Both the position numbers and the translations under genes were made by a program. The notes under the pieces are model-generated. The model was not told the origin of the DNA. It saw nothing but the letters and a program-made list of their open reading frames with translations, and did not search any database. This document shows, piece by piece, positions 23,969 through 38,889 of a DNA stretch of 64,000 nt; position 1 is the stretch's first letter; each line of letters opens with the position of its first letter. The DNA comes from Lama glama (lineage: Eukaryota): NCBI GenBank assembly GCA_028534125.1, contig CM052816.1:57538001-57602000 (forward strand), written 5' to 3'.

Positions 23969-24794
23969 GTACTGAGAAGATATAGTTGCATGCTGTTCAC
24001 TGCACAGACTGGCTGGCTGTGAAAGAATTACACACTAACTGTGCAATTCAGCACCAGAGTGAATTAATGTCAACTATTTTGAGATAAGTATGCTGTATGG
24101 GTGGTGCTAAAAGAGATGTGCTCTTTCTACCTGCCTGATGTCTGTCTTGCCCCTCCAGCTGGCCTGTAAACTCCCCGTGTGTCTATATATCTCTCGCGGA
24201 AGAGCACAGAGTTGACTGACATTGCTAAGGACAGTGTAGGAACTGAAGGATCACTTCTTCTTTAAAGTTCAGAAGGCAGCTCTATGAGGGCTTCTCAGGG
24301 CTAAGGATGGTGAAATGTTAGCATTTTCAGGATAATTTCATGTTATTTTCTAGTATTCTAGTCCAAAGTCCAAAAAAAAAAAAAAAACCCTTTCCAAAGA
24401 TGGCCACCTAGAAAACCGGTTCACTCTGGTCCTGTTAACAGTCACATACATCCTGGGGACTCGGTTGAGATCTTGTTCAGAGGGGGCAGGGATAGTCTTG
24501 CTTCTCCAGACTGATGTGGAAGGCTGCTCTCCGAGGGCCCGGGGAGCCACAGAAGACCACAGTGGTGGTGAGGGGTGAGGAGGACCGGCCAGGAGTGAGC
24601 AGGAAGAGAGGCTTCATGCTGCTAGGTGACCGTCTAGCGGGGGGAGTTGGACACACCTAACACTCACCTCCAAATGCATAAGCAATAATGCTTAGCATGT
24701 AAAATTTGGGAAACACAGAAAAAAGACCCTAGCAGTTACACTTTTGTAACCCACAGGTTACCATAGCTAACGTCTTGGTGTACACGGAGGCTGG

Positions 24795-25010
24795 AAGGCA
24801 GTGTGAACAGAGTGTGTGATCAGTCAGCCTGCGTTTAATTCCTGACCCCACTGCTTACACCTTGGGTGATCTGTTTAATCTTCTCAGTCTCAGGGTGCTC
24901 ATACCTACTTCATACCATCCTACCCCATTGTGTCTCTCTGAGGATTAATGAAAGAGGTAGCACGAGGCCTGGCACACAGTGAGTACTCAACAAACATGAG
25001 TTATTATTGT
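24795..25010 (+). mobile_element. MIR SINE
   Basis: tttaatcttctcagtctcag...tgaggattaatga...gcctggcacacagtgagtactcaacaaa. Confidence 0.75.
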
Positions 25011-25744
25011 CTTTGCTATTCTTTTCTCTCTCAAATACTATCATAACTTACATATTATTTTGGAACCTGGGTTTTAAATTTAGAAATATATCATGAACAT
25101 TGCTTCTGATTTGGGGGTTCTTTCTTCAGGCAAATGGATTTCTTACTCAGCAGTGGATCTGTAACTCAAGTTGACCACCCAGGAAACAACTAGCCAGTCT
25201 CTGAAGAAGTGCCCAGGCAACTTGGGGCATGTTGTTCTTGGGCCTGATTTGGGCAGTGGCCAGTGAGGAGAAGCCACAGGGTCCTAGGAGAAATAACCAG
25301 AAGCGTTATTCTTTTGAGGGCTGCAGTTAGGACTTTTCCAGTTCAGCCTGTGCAGGTGATTCACACTCTTCCACCTCCTTCACGTCACACAGCTGAAGAA
25401 AACCTTTGGTGGGGGACGGAAAGTAGAGTTGTTTGATCCAGCTCATAAAGCAGTGTGACACAGTGTATTTACGGGTGACCTGGTGTCAGACACTTTCACG
25501 TCAGAGATGACACACTTTTCTTGCTCTAGATCCCAGCTAGAAACCTGAGGAATTCTCTCTACTGAGCAGCCCTTTGGGCCTGCAGGTACCCATGTACAGG
25601 GCCCAGGCAGCTTTGTTATAAGAAAGGAAAATCAACACTCATATTCTGCAGTAGGCAAGTAGTCACTGAGAACCCCACAACACTTCATAGCTTCAAAATA
25701 GTCACCCCTAATGGTACCCCATAGACATCCTCCCACTGTTTTCT

Positions 25745-25955
25745 CTGGACTTCCTGTGTTCAAATCCTAGCTCTGCCATTTCCTAGCTGTGTGATCTGGG
25801 GTAAGCAACTTAACCTCTCTGTGCCATGCATCCACATCTATAAAACAGAGATGATAATGATACTTACCTCATAGAGTTGTTACAAATATTAAATGCATGT
25901 GTAAAGTGATTAGATCAGTGCTGGCCTGTAGTAAATAAAGATGATTATTGTTTTT
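25745..25955 (+). mobile_element. MIR SINE
   Basis: gttcaaatcctagctctgccatttcctagctgtgtgatctggggtaagcaacttaacctctctgtgcc...tacttacctcatagagttgtt. Confidence 0.9.
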
Positions 25956-26824
25956 AATCATCATCATTACACATGAGCCCCAAAGTTCTCAGCTTGATTA
26001 GGGTGATTATTACTGATTTTCCACCAGATTCTCGAGCTCCCATACACATTAGGTTAGGGTCGATTGTGGCCTTAGCACCTAGAAGGGTGGCTTTGTGGAA
26101 AGGTAACTCTCCCCTCTGCTTTGGGGCTCACTTTCCATTTTAGTTGTGGGAGAAGAAGCAGGGTTTGTTTGTATTTTTGCAAGAGCCCACTCATCACCCC
26201 CAGTCTTGTCCCATCTTGATGGCAGAAAGGTGTAGCCTCTCTTATAGGCAGCTCTGCTGTCTAGGAGCCTCCTCTGTGCTCTCACTCAGTACAACCTGGT
26301 AAGGGAGTAGGGATTTTCTTGGAAAGCTTTTCTGTGCCCGGCAGACCCGAATGAGTTTCTACAGTGGGGAGTCAGAGTGCCCAGGACTTGCTGCTGCCAA
26401 GGAGGGATCTGAGGGCATAACAGCAGCATGGTTCTCAGGCATCTGACCCTTTGGACGATTTTTAAACAAGTCACTTCTGAAATACATCTATACTAATAAT
26501 GCCTTTTGGTTATGTGGTGATAATACCCCGAGCCTGGCAGCTCTGTGATAGGACAGGGCCTGACAAGGCCTCCTCCCTGCCACGACTCTGTGTAGGTAGG
26601 TAATGTGTCTTCACCCCTTCTCTGGAGCAGGAAGCAAACAGCTACAATTGAGGGGCAGACTGGGAGTGGGTGTGGAAAGACATTTCCCAGAACAGCAGCA
26701 TGCTGTGGAGTTTATCCTTAAAGAAAAGGCCATAATGGCAGGATTGAAAATTCTGGAGATGGATTTTCATACAAGCCTGCAAAATCAGTCTTATTATTTT
26801 ATGTCTAAGTCTCATCCTTTAATT

Positions 26825-26935
26825 TAACTATTAAACTCACTTATTGAGCACTTATTCTGTGCCAGGTCCTGAGCTAGACCCTGGGGACACAGGGATGAAT
26901 GAGGCATATTTCCTGGCCTTAAGGAGCTTATAGAA
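26825..26935 (-). mobile_element. L2 3' end
   Basis: cacttattgagcacttattctgtgccaggtcctgagctagaccctggggacacagggatgaa...cctggccttaaggagctta. Confidence 0.8.
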
Positions 26936-27044
26936 AGGCAAAGGAATGTGTTAGCAGGTTACTTCTCCTTCTTCTCTGCCTTTTGTCTTTTTTTTTTTTA
27001 ACAGTAATTTATTAAAAGTTCATTGTGACAAAGATTGCTAGGTC

Positions 27045-27512
27045 TCTAACCAGTATAAATTTTCCTTTCCTTTTTACTAACAGAATCCCTGTATTGATAG
27101 ATACGGCAAGGTGTCCACTAAAACATCCCAGCTTTCTTTGTAGAGGTATATATGTGAGGGGCAATGGAATGTAATTGGAAGTCACTGAGTGGGACTTACA
27201 GGGAAAACTTTTTAAAGTGGAATTACTCAGCCAGAAGGCCCCAGTTGTCTTTCCTTGCATCTTCCTTCTCTTTGCTTGGAATTCTTAAGTGAGGGCTGGA
27301 GCCAGCAGTCATCTCTTAAGCATGAGGACAAGGGCCATGCCCTAAGGATGGTAGAAGTTACAGCTGGAAGGAGCCTAGGTCCCTTCTGACATTTTGGAGT
27401 CATCAGACTCCAGACTTCTTATTTTATAAGGGAAAAAGAAATCTCTGCTGGATTTAAGTCAATATTTTAAGCCTCAGTTACTAGCAGCCAAACACAATTT
27501 CTGGTTGATCTA
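27045..27512 (+). mobile_element. MaLR solo LTR (MLT1I/J-like)
   Basis: gggctggagccagcagtcatct...ctaaggatggtagaag...ctggaaggagcctaggtccct...ctccagacttctt...gttactagcagccaaacacaatt. Confidence 0.75.
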
Positions 27513-27715
27513 TCTAATAGATGTGGAGCACAATGTAGAAACAGATCTGATTTTACCCCCTAAATGTCAAGAAGTGAAGGTCATAGAAATCTAACAAATA
27601 AGCACTTAATATTAAAACACAGCACATCCATTAATCTTTTCCAGTGTATAACCAGAGAAGCTAACTAAGCCTGTCTTTTCCTCCTATGTCCTCCATAAGA
27701 ATGATGCTTGAAATA

Positions 27716-28143
27716 CAGAATTCCCCCACTATCTGAAAGTAGAATGTTTCTATGAAACCTTTCCTAAGCGGAAATGGCATAAATTGAAGAAGCAATTACC
27801 TTAGGACACATCTTGCTAATGGATGCACAAAATAAACCGAGATAAAGCACAGATGCTCACAGACACAGTTCAAAGCTATGGCCACTTGGTGCTGAGATGC
27901 TGAGTGTAGGTCCTGGGGAAGGAGCTTGGCGATGACACTCTTGCTGCTCTGCTTGGGCTGCACACTGTCTTAATAATGGCTCCTGCAAAACAAATGTTGA
28001 GTGCTATTTTTGCTTTCTGCCTTTTTTTGTAAAAGCTAAAGTCCTCTTTGGATTTATGTCAGTTAGTGAATACAGGTACTAATGTAGTTCTTTGTAAAAG
28101 TGAATTGGCATAAAGTGAATTTTGGAAAAGCAAGGGATACCTA
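27716..28143. mobile_element. Tigger6-like TcMar non-autonomous DNA transposon
   Basis: Flanked by TA (27714-27715, 28144-28145). Degenerate TIRs cagaattcccccactatctgaaagt / ttttggaaaagcaagggataccta; internal tatgaaacctttcctaagcggaaatggcataaattgaagaagcaattacc. Confidence 0.75.
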
Positions 28144-28409
28144 TACCCTTAAATCCCAGTCTCTCTAAGATTTGACACCAGAGAATTAAATTCACAGAAT
28201 TAAATGTTTTATTTCATCTTTGTTGGTGTTAGATGGTAAGCTCAATTTACCTTTTTTTCTCAGTAGAGTGTTCACAAATACTCAAAACTTTTATCAGATA
28301 TCCGGATTGTTTTATCCATCTGCATACCTCCGTTATGGTTGTATTTATAATAATGCTAATGGAATTAGAATTTTTAAATTCATCTAGCACACATTTTTAC
28401 TCATTCCAA

Positions 28410-28650
28410 GTAATAGTAACAATAGCTTGTACTTACTGAGTACTTACTCTTTGCCAGTCACTGATAAATACTTAAACATAGTCTCATTTAATCATTTCAA
28501 CATTCCTATGAGATAAATTCTATTATTTTTGCCATTTTGCAGATGGGGAAACTGAGGCAAAGGGAATTTAAGTAGCCTGCACAATGTCACACAGCTAAGA
28601 AGTGATGATGGGATATGAATTCAGCTAGTCTTAAAAGTACGCTATCCTGT
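28410..28650 (-). mobile_element. MIR SINE
   Basis: ttactgagtacttact...tctcatttaatc...ccattttgcagatggggaaactgaggca...gtcacacagctaa. Confidence 0.9.
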
Positions 28651-28989
28651 CCTGAGATAGATGAGTGACTTTGAACAAAGCTATTTCCTTACACATCAAA
28701 AAGGAAATATATTTTCTAGAAACTTTACTTGAATCAGCCCAAGGACATACTGAATTCACCCAAGATCTTGGGCAATATCTAGGAAGCCCCTGGTGTTAAG
28801 GAATGGCAAAAAGATTGTTCCTTATTTGAAGACAAGAGACAATGCATACAATATTTGTGCATTCACATTCTCATTTACAGCATCTAAATTTCATAACCAT
28901 TCAGTTAGGTAGGATACGAAGGCAGAGGAAACATTCAGTATTCAATGGCTGATAAATAACCAGATGCTTAGCAGAATGGTAATCTGCTT

Positions 28990-29130
28990 GATAACACACC
29001 ATTTATTGGCTTCCATCTCTTACCTGTCCTACTTGCCTCCTCCCCTATCAGCTTCCTGGGGTCAACTCCTAAGTAAATGGTTTGCATTCAAATCTTTGTC
29101 TCAGAATCTGCTGGGGAATTCAAGCTAAGA
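28990..29130 (+). mobile_element. LTR16-like ERVL LTR 3' fragment
   Basis: tttattggcttcc...gcttcctggggtcaactcctaagtaaatggtttgcattcaaatctttgtctcagaatctgctggggaattcaagctaaga. Confidence 0.65.
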
Positions 29131-30099
29131 TTTATATTATCTACAACGTCCATTCATCCATCCTTTCATCCAGTCTTACCAACTTACCATATGCCTGGAA
29201 ACATATGAGGTACTCAGTATAAGAGAGAAATAAGTCACTGCCCTTGAACTAAAGTTGCTCCATTGAATGGCTTTATGCCACATCACTAGGAAGAGATATT
29301 CAGTATGCTGGCTGCCAAAGCAGCATTGGAAGGACTGGAGAATTCCCTTTTTAGAATCCTGAAGAGGACTTTCCCAGCAGAATCATCCTTGCAGGGGCAA
29401 ACACTGCCTGCCACACAGTGGATGTTCAAGAAATATTTACTGAATAAGTATACAAATGAACAGAATGAACAGATAGGTTAATTATAAAGTAGATCAGATC
29501 AGGTTTTCTCTGGGATCCATCTCTCTTGTTTCTGAATCCTTGCCCCCAAACATTGTAAATTCACAATTGAAAATACGATCTCAGAAAAATTAAGAAACTC
29601 TCTCAGGTAAGATGAGTGCCAAATCCCTCTTAGCAAATATTTTACACTTAAGAGGGAGCAGGGAGACAGATGAACCCCAAAAGCCCCTTTGCACAGGTGT
29701 GGAAAGATTTGGGGGTGGCAGTCTTTCCTGGTACATTGCAAATCATAGGATACAAATAAGGTGAATCCTAGCTGCAAGAATGAACAAGGAAGGCCATGTT
29801 TTGAGTTCCTGTGTTATCACTTATTATGTGCAACCCATGAGCTACCACTTGTGATCCCTGTACATCTGGGAGTTCTGAGAATGACAGCTCTTAACCCTCT
29901 CCACCTTGCTGTGTGGATGGGGCCTAATGAGCTCTGATCCCTGAAGAGTTGCCACAAGGATGAAGGGTGCAAATAATCAGCGTTATCGGAGAGTTCATGA
30001 TGGGATTTGGTTCATGGTGGGCTCTTGGAGGACTTTATGGAAGAGAAAGGGCTTGAGCTGGTTCTTGGAACATGGGTAGGATTTGGCTGGGTGGAGAGA

Positions 30100-30330
30100 A
30101 TAGTGACAGGTCCTCATTTATCAAATACTTACTGTGTGCAGGCTCTGGGGTAAGGGGTCTCAAGCAGAATCTTGTTTAATCTTCCCCAAACCGAAACAAG
30201 CACCTATATCATTACCCTGTTTTAAAGATGAATGTTAGAAAGGTTAAATACTATGCTCATTACAAAACAATGAATGAGAGGCAGAGTCAAGGTCAGATTC
30301 GGGCAATCTATTTCCGCAGCCTGTCCCTCT
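30100..30330 (-). mobile_element. MIR SINE
   Basis: catttatcaaatacttactgtgtgcaggctctg...tttaatctt...ttttaaagatgaa...agaaaggttaaata...ggcagagtcaagg. Confidence 0.65.
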
Positions 30331-30887
30331 AGCAGACATTTTGAACTGCTCTATGCGATGCTATTTCTTGGTGGGGTTGGGGTCAGGGGGTTGGTTGATA
30401 TGGACGGAAGTTAGAAATGAAAAAAAAAAATAGTATTCTGCAGTGATCATGGCCTTGAATGATAGGATGAGATTCCATCCATTGCTTCCTTGGGAGTGAG
30501 TTTCTCCTTGTAGGTCTGAAATAGAGAGGAAGCGGAATCTATCTCTGTTATTCTCAGTGTGTAACACATCACTGATCATGCGTATCTGAGTGTTGACAAT
30601 GGGTCCTTCAGGTGTGTGCTCAGGTGTCTCATGCAGAGAAGGCTTCAGTGTCCAGGTTAAACCTAAGGGGGAAGCAGGCTAAATTCTTCTGAGTGCTGCC
30701 TTGAGCTGTGGAGCAGAACTGGGCCCCCTCTTTGCAAGGGCTCAGCCTGAGACACACTTGAGTGTCAGGTACTCTTGTTGTACCATGGCCTGGCCACCAG
30801 AACAGCTGGGGCACTTGAAAATGGAATCCACACAGGCCTTGCTTTCCCATGTACCTCATCTGCTGCCAATGTTGTTTCTTTCTGTAA

Positions 30888-31414
30888 AAATTTTTAAATT
30901 GTGGTAAGGTACACATAACATAAAATTGACCATCTTAGCCAGTTTAAGTGTAGAATTTAGTAGTGTTAAGTACATTCACACTGTTGTGTAACTAATCTCC
31001 AGAACTCTCTTCGTTTTGCAAAACTGAAACTCTACACCCCTTAAACAATTCCTCATTCTGCATTCCTCCAACCCCTGGCAACCACCATTCCAATTTCTGT
31101 TTCTATGAATTTGACTGCTTTAGATACCTCATATGAGTGGAATCATACAATATTTGTCTTTTTCTGACTGGCTTATTTCACTTAGCATAATGTCCTCAAG
31201 GTTCATTCATGTTGTAGCATTTGTTAGAATTTTCTTCCTTTTTAAGGCTGGATAATATTCCATTGTATGTACACACCACATTTTGCTTATCCATTCATCT
31301 GTTCATGAACACTTGGGTTCCTTCTGTCTCTTAGCTACTGTGAATAATGTGGCCATGAACCTGAGTGTGCAAGTATTTCTTCGAGATTCTGCTTTCAATT
31401 CTTTTGAGAGTATA
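30888..31414 (-). mobile_element. L1MB-class 3' end
   Basis: aattgtggtaaggtacacataacataaaattgaccatc...tgactggcttatttcacttagcataatgtcctcaaggttcattcatgttgtagc; ORF 31303..31488(-) contains FMATLFTVAKRQKEPKCS. Confidence 0.9.
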
Positions 31415-31693
31415 GGCCATTGTTTCTTACGTCCAGTGGCTACAGAAGAGGGAGAAGATGGAAAAACTACACACACACACACACACATGCAAGTAAAACT
31501 TCACCTAAAGTTCACAGATGACTTCTTAAAAAGCCATACTGTATAACAGCTCAGTCAAGGGAGGCGAGGAATCTGTAGCCATCCTAAGCAGTTCCAAAGG
31601 CAATTTCTAAGCCTAAAACTTTGGGAAGCTGACAGTCCTTATAGGACTAGAAAAGAATCTGGAGCCATCATATCTAATTCCCTCATGAACTCT

Positions 31694-31930
31694 TTTTTAA
31701 AAAAATAGATTTTTCTTTTTTAAATTCTTTTTAAAGTTGACATTTAGTCAGTTTACAATGTTGTGTCAGTTTCTGGTGTACAGCATAATGTTTCAGTCAT
31801 ACACATACATATATATATTCCTATTCATGTTCTTTTTCAATATAGGTTACTACAAGATATTGAATATAGGTCCCTGTGCTGTGCAGTAGAAACTTGTTGT
31901 GTATCTATTTTATATATAGTAGTTAGTGAA
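31694..31930 (-). mobile_element. 5'-truncated camelid-type L1 3' UTR
   Basis: Reverse homologue of 12160-12335. 12-bp TSD ctcatgaactct at 31682-31693 and 31931-31942. Confidence 0.85.
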
Positions 31931-32739
31931 CTCATGAACTCTCCAGTGGCACCAATGTTGGGTCCTTGCTCTAGATTCTGCATTCAGCTGGACAGTATTT
32001 GGAATTTGCTCTCATAAAGACTAGAGTCTGGATAGGAAGCCCTAGATCCAAGCCATAACAACCAGCTACTTCCAGCTCTGCTCCAGAGGTCCCAGACAGG
32101 AGTCAAGAGTCTTGAAAGAGATTTTCCTGTCTCTTTAGCTGTGGAAAGAAAGGTGCAGCCTATCACCAGTGCCCAACAGTGCACTATCTGGGCTCTCAGG
32201 GCAAGCTGGATGGAAGTGTGGTTTGCTCCAGCCTTGCTGTTTAGGACTAGATGCACAACAGATGTCCTTGACAGAGACCATATGTACCCTTCCCTCTTCT
32301 GGGAAAGAGGAGAGGGCTGTAGGACTTTTCCATGTCCCTTAAAGGGGCCTGGTCCTGGAGGAAGAAGGATAGCCCACAGCACAAGGTGAGGATGCCTCAT
32401 CTCTCTGGTAGGGGCTGTTCCTTCTAAGGCTCTGAGCTGCAAGTGCCAGGCTGTGACTGGCTCCAGGGAGAAGGGGGTGCGGCAGGAGGCAGTGGAAGTC
32501 AGCTCAGGGCTCAATATTCTTTGCAGAGAGCCCACAAGGGAGGCCTTGGTGCTCTTTGTCCTTACTCTGCACTAAGGGAATGTCTAGCTGCCATTCCACC
32601 TACAGGCTGAATGAAACAGGCCTGGTCCCAGAGGCATGCATCCGAGAGGCTGTGCTCTCTGGCTCGGGATGGGAGGGCTCCCTGTGGCTGCAGTGTCCGG
32701 AGCACAGACTAGCCCCTCCTCAGGGTCTGCACTTAGGAT

Positions 32740-32900
32740 CCTGTTAGAGCTGGAAGGGGCCTTAGAGATCATCTGGTTCCAGCCAGTCATTTTACAGAAG
32801 TTTTAATTGAGCTAGACATGTGAAATGACTTGCCCTAGGCCACAGCTTTAAAAAGGAGCAGATCCAGCAGTGTAACCCAAAGGCTTCTTTCCTCTGCCCT
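32740..32900 (-). mobile_element. MIR3-like fragment
   Basis: tgttagagctggaaggggccttagagatcatctggttc...cattttacagaa...tgacttgccctaggccacagct. Confidence 0.7.
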
Positions 32901-34219
32901 GCGGGGCCCCCTCTGAAGTTCGGAACACAGTCTCAGGCTAGTTGTCTCCAGCATGATAAACACCAGCTTCAGTCAGGAATGAGGCCATCATGAGGACCTG
33001 TACCAGGCTGACCGGTAATAACAGGTGCATGCAGGCAATGGAAGATTTGGCTTTGGTCCGTTTAAGAGACAACTCTTCCTAAAACCTCTGTAATTAATTA
33101 AGTTCTCAAAAGATTCCCTCTTCACAGAGAGAATCCATATTCTTAGTTCCAGTTAGTTAGTCTCCTGAGCTGAGCAAATATCCTCTCTGCTGGTCACCCA
33201 GGTAAAAGTTCTTTTCTGAGACTTTGAATTTATAAACCTGAACGATTTTTTCTCTTAGTGGGTCTATCTCCTGTTTTTCCCTGGATTGATTTTCTGGACC
33301 TGGACGTATGTGACCTGTCCTGGAGGGAAGCCCCATTAATGCATTTCCCAGAAATATAGAACCTCCCATACGCACCCCAGGCCCTCCGGACTGCTCAGCT
33401 ATCACCAATCCCTGAATGTCTTCAGTAAAGTATTTTCCCCACACGGCACCCCACCATGCCCCAACACTGTCAGGTAAGAGAAACTTGAGGGGCCAACTCA
33501 GTAATACACAAGACTCCAGGATTCACATTGTTTACAAAGGGAGCCCCAGAAACTGAGCATCAGTTAGCCCTTTGGTATTATTTGAAACGGTATTTTGAAG
33601 ACTGGACTTCAGGAGGAACAATCATGGAAGGGGTTATCTCAGCTGCCTATTTACCATGTGACATCTAAAGCGTTGAGAGCTGAGGTAAATCTACCTGCAT
33701 CATCAATCTTCCCCCACAGGACACACAGAAGTCTAAAGAGAGCACAGCCTTCTCTCAAAGGATGGTGTGCTCTCTTGTGTTTCCAGGACCCAGTAGCACC
33801 TCCTATGCCTCCTCTCTCAGAGGTGTGTCAATGAGGGAGCTTGTGAGGCACTGGAACATAAAGTCACAGGGTTGGAAGAGACTTGGAGATCACCTATACA
33901 AGCTGTTTTCAAATGTGTCTTTAGCAGAATAAATTATCCAAAGTCTTACAGGGAGGCTATAGTGGATGCTGTTGGTATACCCTGACTGTATCCCCTCAGC
34001 CCACCTCAGTGGTCACCTGCAACAGATTCTAGATGCCTCCGAGGCTCTGATTGGTTGGATCTAAGTCTCATATACCTTTTGGAATTAAAGGAACAGGATA
34101 TTCCCAGCTCTACATCCTGAGACTGGAAGAAGGGGTGGTTTCCCCAGGCACATTAGGGGGTGTTATTGGAAGGAGAGTAAGTGGATGTTGATGAGGCAAA
34201 ACAGCAGATGCCAGTTCTA

Positions 34220-34410
34220 GCAGTATTACTCAAACTTGAATGGGCATACCAGTCACCTAAGGATCTTCTTAGACATAGATTCCTGAAGATTCAAAATCAG
34301 AAAATTGGGAACAGGGCCCATGAAGCTGCATTTCTAAGAAAGCCAATGTTGTCAGGGCCTGGCTATTGCACTGTGGTGCTCAGTGACCATTAAATTTCTC
34401 AAGCCACTGC
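34220..34410. mobile_element. MER5-type DNA transposon
   Basis: cagtattactcaaacttga...cagtcacct...agattcctg...gggcccatgaagctgcatttctaa...aagccactg. Confidence 0.6.
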
Positions 34411-35024
34411 TGAAGCTCCTGAGTATGCCTCTGGAGGCAGGCTCTTTGAGGAGTGTGTAGAATATGGCCAGAGGGAAGGTGCTCTGCCATATTTTCCTGG
34501 AGATTACTGTTCTCTGTTCTTCCTGAAGATCAGCAGATGATGGGACTTGGCCAGAGGATGTGTGTGCAGGGTACCCAAAGTTATCACAGAAAGGCTTTTC
34601 CTCCAAGTCTCTTTGGGGAAGACTTCTTTCCCCTTCAGATCCTTCCCTAGGAAGTAGCCTTCTGTCTTGGGAAGAAGAAAGAGAAACAGAATACAGTGGA
34701 AGGACCCAGGGCGAGAGTGGGCCATATGGGAATAATTTGTCCCTCCTAAAGGCAGAAGTTTCTGAAAGTAGAGCTAGTGTCCTTCTTCTTCTCCTAACCC
34801 CTTGCCTTCTGCAGAAGGTGGGGAGGGGTTGGACTTCTAAGGCACTTGGAAAAAACTTGGAATTGCCACATGCTGGGATAAGCTCCTTTCAAACACATCC
34901 TGATATACTTGAGAACTCACCCACTGAGATGGGAACTGAGTTGAGGTGAGATCTGATTGGTTCCTCAGCTGCCAAGGCAGATGCGGCAAACTCAAGTCCT
35001 GTCTTACCTACCTGAGCCAGTTGA

Positions 35025-36038
<1,014 letters not shown>

Positions 36039-36849
36039 CTTAGTCACAGCAGGCCACAGCTGTCCTCTGTCTCTTCCCGATTTTCTTCTTCCCGAGTAAT
36101 GTAGGTGTCACTTGGATGCTGAACAGAGATAGCTCCAGGCCCGGCAGGCAGAGGCTTAGCTGCAGAAAGCTCAGACTGAAGAGTGGCAACTAGCTTGTTC
36201 TGTGATCACATCTCTTCTGTCTTGGTGGCTCTGTGCAACGTGTGAGTCATTGCGGGGCAGGGAGTCTGGCAAGCATGGTGGGCGAGGTCTTCTCTATCCT
36301 GAGGCCTCCTTGAGGGCTTTTGTGTGTGTGAGGGCGGGAGGGAGGGACTGACACAGTGGAGGATGGGATGGTGAGGAAATATGGAGGGATGTGTCTGGAT
36401 TCACAAAAATAGACCTGTATCTGTGGGCTGGTTACAAAAACTCAAAATACCATTTCCTTGCACAGGGGAGGAGCTGGATGAGGGATATGTTAAACAGCTA
36501 CGTGCTTTTGTGATTGAAATATTCAGGAAAGATAATGAAGACCAGGGCCCTCGGAAGTGTCAGGATCTGGGGCTCTTTTTTAAATTGGATCCTACAGTCA
36601 TCTCAGTTTTCCAGAGTTGTGTCTGAAGAGGCATTTTTCTTTCCTATGTCACACATCTGTTTTCAGTACCTCCTACTTCATCTGACCATTTAAAAAATCT
36701 GCCTCATGTACAGTCTTCCTTTGGCTTCTACAATGTGCAGATGTGTTTTCTTTGAAAAGCAGTTGGTCATGTGCTTCCTCACAGGTCGTGGTCACAGAGC
36801 TTGGACTCTTTTGGGAGGAGTGTTTTACTTTAGTAAAAGCAGTAGCCAT

Positions 36850-37050
36850 CGCCAGGGACTATGAGCTTAAGCTGAACTTGAAACCCATCTTGTTACTTGC
36901 TAGACCTCTGCCAAGTTACTTAACCTCCTTGAACCTCAGTTTCCTCTTCCACATCATGTGAATAATAGTAATTCTTCTCTCACTGTGATGCTGGGAGGAG
37001 CAGATGAATAATGTGTGTACTGTGCTTAGCACAATGCCTGGCCCATACCA
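36850..37050 (+). mobile_element. MIR SINE
   Basis: caagttacttaacctccttgaacctcagtttcctcttc...gtgcttagcacaatgcctggc. Confidence 0.85.
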
Positions 37051-37439
37051 GTGTGATCGTCTCTCTGTAAAAAAACATCAGCTCTTCTGTAGTTCAGTGC
37101 CATGGCTGGCCAGGTGGAATCCTCTCATTTACCAAACTGCCCTATGTTTAAATTAGTGCAACAGGACAGATGCGGAAGATAACACACAGAGACGAGGGAT
37201 TTGGCCACAGCTGCTTAGGGAATTGGTGGCAGAACTCAAGACAAAATCCAGAATTTCTATTTCCCACTGCTTATTTGGCAGGTTTTTTCTGGGTCTCAGA
37301 ACCAGTGTCTTAAATTTCAGAAGGAATAAAGAGGAAACAGAAAAGGCAGGCTTTGACTATGTAACCACAGAGCCAACATAACAGCCTAATATAAAAAGGC
37401 AAAACAGAAATCCTGAAATATAAGAAGTACCGGACATTC

Positions 37440-37712
37440 AATAGGATGGGCTAATATGTAGTCACTAAAAATCCATATGGTGAATATTGATTTGACATGG
37501 GGAAATCCTTTGATCTACATCAAGTGAAAGAAAAAGCAGGAAATAAAACTGCATATAAGTTAATGCTAAACATGTAGTGCTCTAAAACCAAAATACTCTA
37601 AACCAGATGTTATGTTTGGTTATCTCTGTTGGATAATAGTTTTTTCTTGGAATTTCATTTGTTTTCTGCAATGAACACTCACTACTTTCATAATCAGGAA
37701 AAACAATGAAGG
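37440..37712 (+). mobile_element. Ancient L1ME-like 3' UTR fragment
   Basis: ttgacatggggaaatc...aagtgaaagaaaaagcagg...ggttatctctg...ttttctgcaatgaacactcactactttcataatcaggaaaaa. Confidence 0.6.
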
Positions 37713-38669
37713 TTATGATAGATTTCCAGTCTCCGATTTCCACCAGGGAGCCTGTAGCTCATTCTCATCTCTCAGCCTTGCAGGACTCCTAGTGGTTTCA
37801 AAGCCTGCTTTGTTTACAAAAGGATGATTATGTGGGGTGTCCAGGGAGATTGACTGAGAGAGAACAAAGTGAGACATGTTTTATTGAAGACACTAACCAG
37901 AGTCGAGACACTTTAACAACAAAAACCCTTAATGAATTCAGTGGATGGCTGTTCCAGTCAAAGTAAATTGGTTAAATGGGAAATGGGAATGTTAGTGAGC
38001 TCTGCAAAGGAGGATGACGATAGACTTTTAAAATCTATCTCTATAGGGAAGAGATCACAAATAAAGTCCATGATGATCATGATTTTTATTTACCCAGGGA
38101 TGGGTTCACTTGGTTTATCAGGAGTCTGATAAGGTCAGAGGCAGGGGCTCGTCCCTCCTCCCCCTCATCCCCCTGGCTTTCTGACTACCTTCCTCCAAAT
38201 CACGTATGAATTCCGCTGCCGCTCTCCCAGGCCTCAAGGTCTCACCCTTGGCTGTCTTCCTAAACCTGTCTATTGTGTTATGCTACGCAATTGAAGTTCT
38301 TTTGCCTTGCATCTGTTGCTTCCTCTCTGCCCAGCCACCTTGGGTCTGTCCATTGTACCCACATATCTTTGTTGCATCCAACCCTACATTTGGCCCTTTG
38401 CCCATTCCTCAGGTCTTTGCCCTGCAGCTTTGGTGCAATTAACCTTGCTCCTCTCTCATGTCTAGTCTCAGCTCCTAGCACTCCTGCCACCTAGGTCAGA
38501 GCCCTTCTCCTGTGTGCTCAGGAGAGATGGCTGATCAACACTGACCATTTGACTTCTCTCTGTGCCATGACCACAGAACCTCTGTGACTTTGTTATACTT
38601 GACAGTCATTCTTTAGCTATGAGACCATGGAAGACTGGAAGGTGGACACTGACTGGCCAACACTCACCC

Positions 38670-38860
38670 TATGAACCTGGTTCTGCCACCTCCTGATTGT
38701 GAGACTTTGGTCAATTTACTTAGCCTCTCTCAGCCCCAGTTTCCTTACTTGCAAAATGGTGGTGATAATAGTTACCTGACGAAGTGAGTTATTAAATGTA
38801 AAGTGCATCTGACTCATCTGGCACATAGCTAGCATTCAATTAATATTAGTTTTTACCATG
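38670..38860 (+). mobile_element. MIR SINE
   Basis: ctctcagccccagtttccttacttgcaaaatggtggtgataatag...ctggcacatagctagcattcaataa. Confidence 0.8.
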
Positions 38861-38889
38861 TTACTATCTTATTACAGAAGCAACCTATC

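Noticed and set aside
24400..24660. GC-richer patch as a CpG-island promoter
   Set aside because: Short, few CpGs, and no downstream exon recognised.
31984..32535. 183-aa minus-strand ORF
   Set aside because: Non-ATG start, no recognisable domain or exon structure; consistent with a chance ORF in a locally GC-richer patch.
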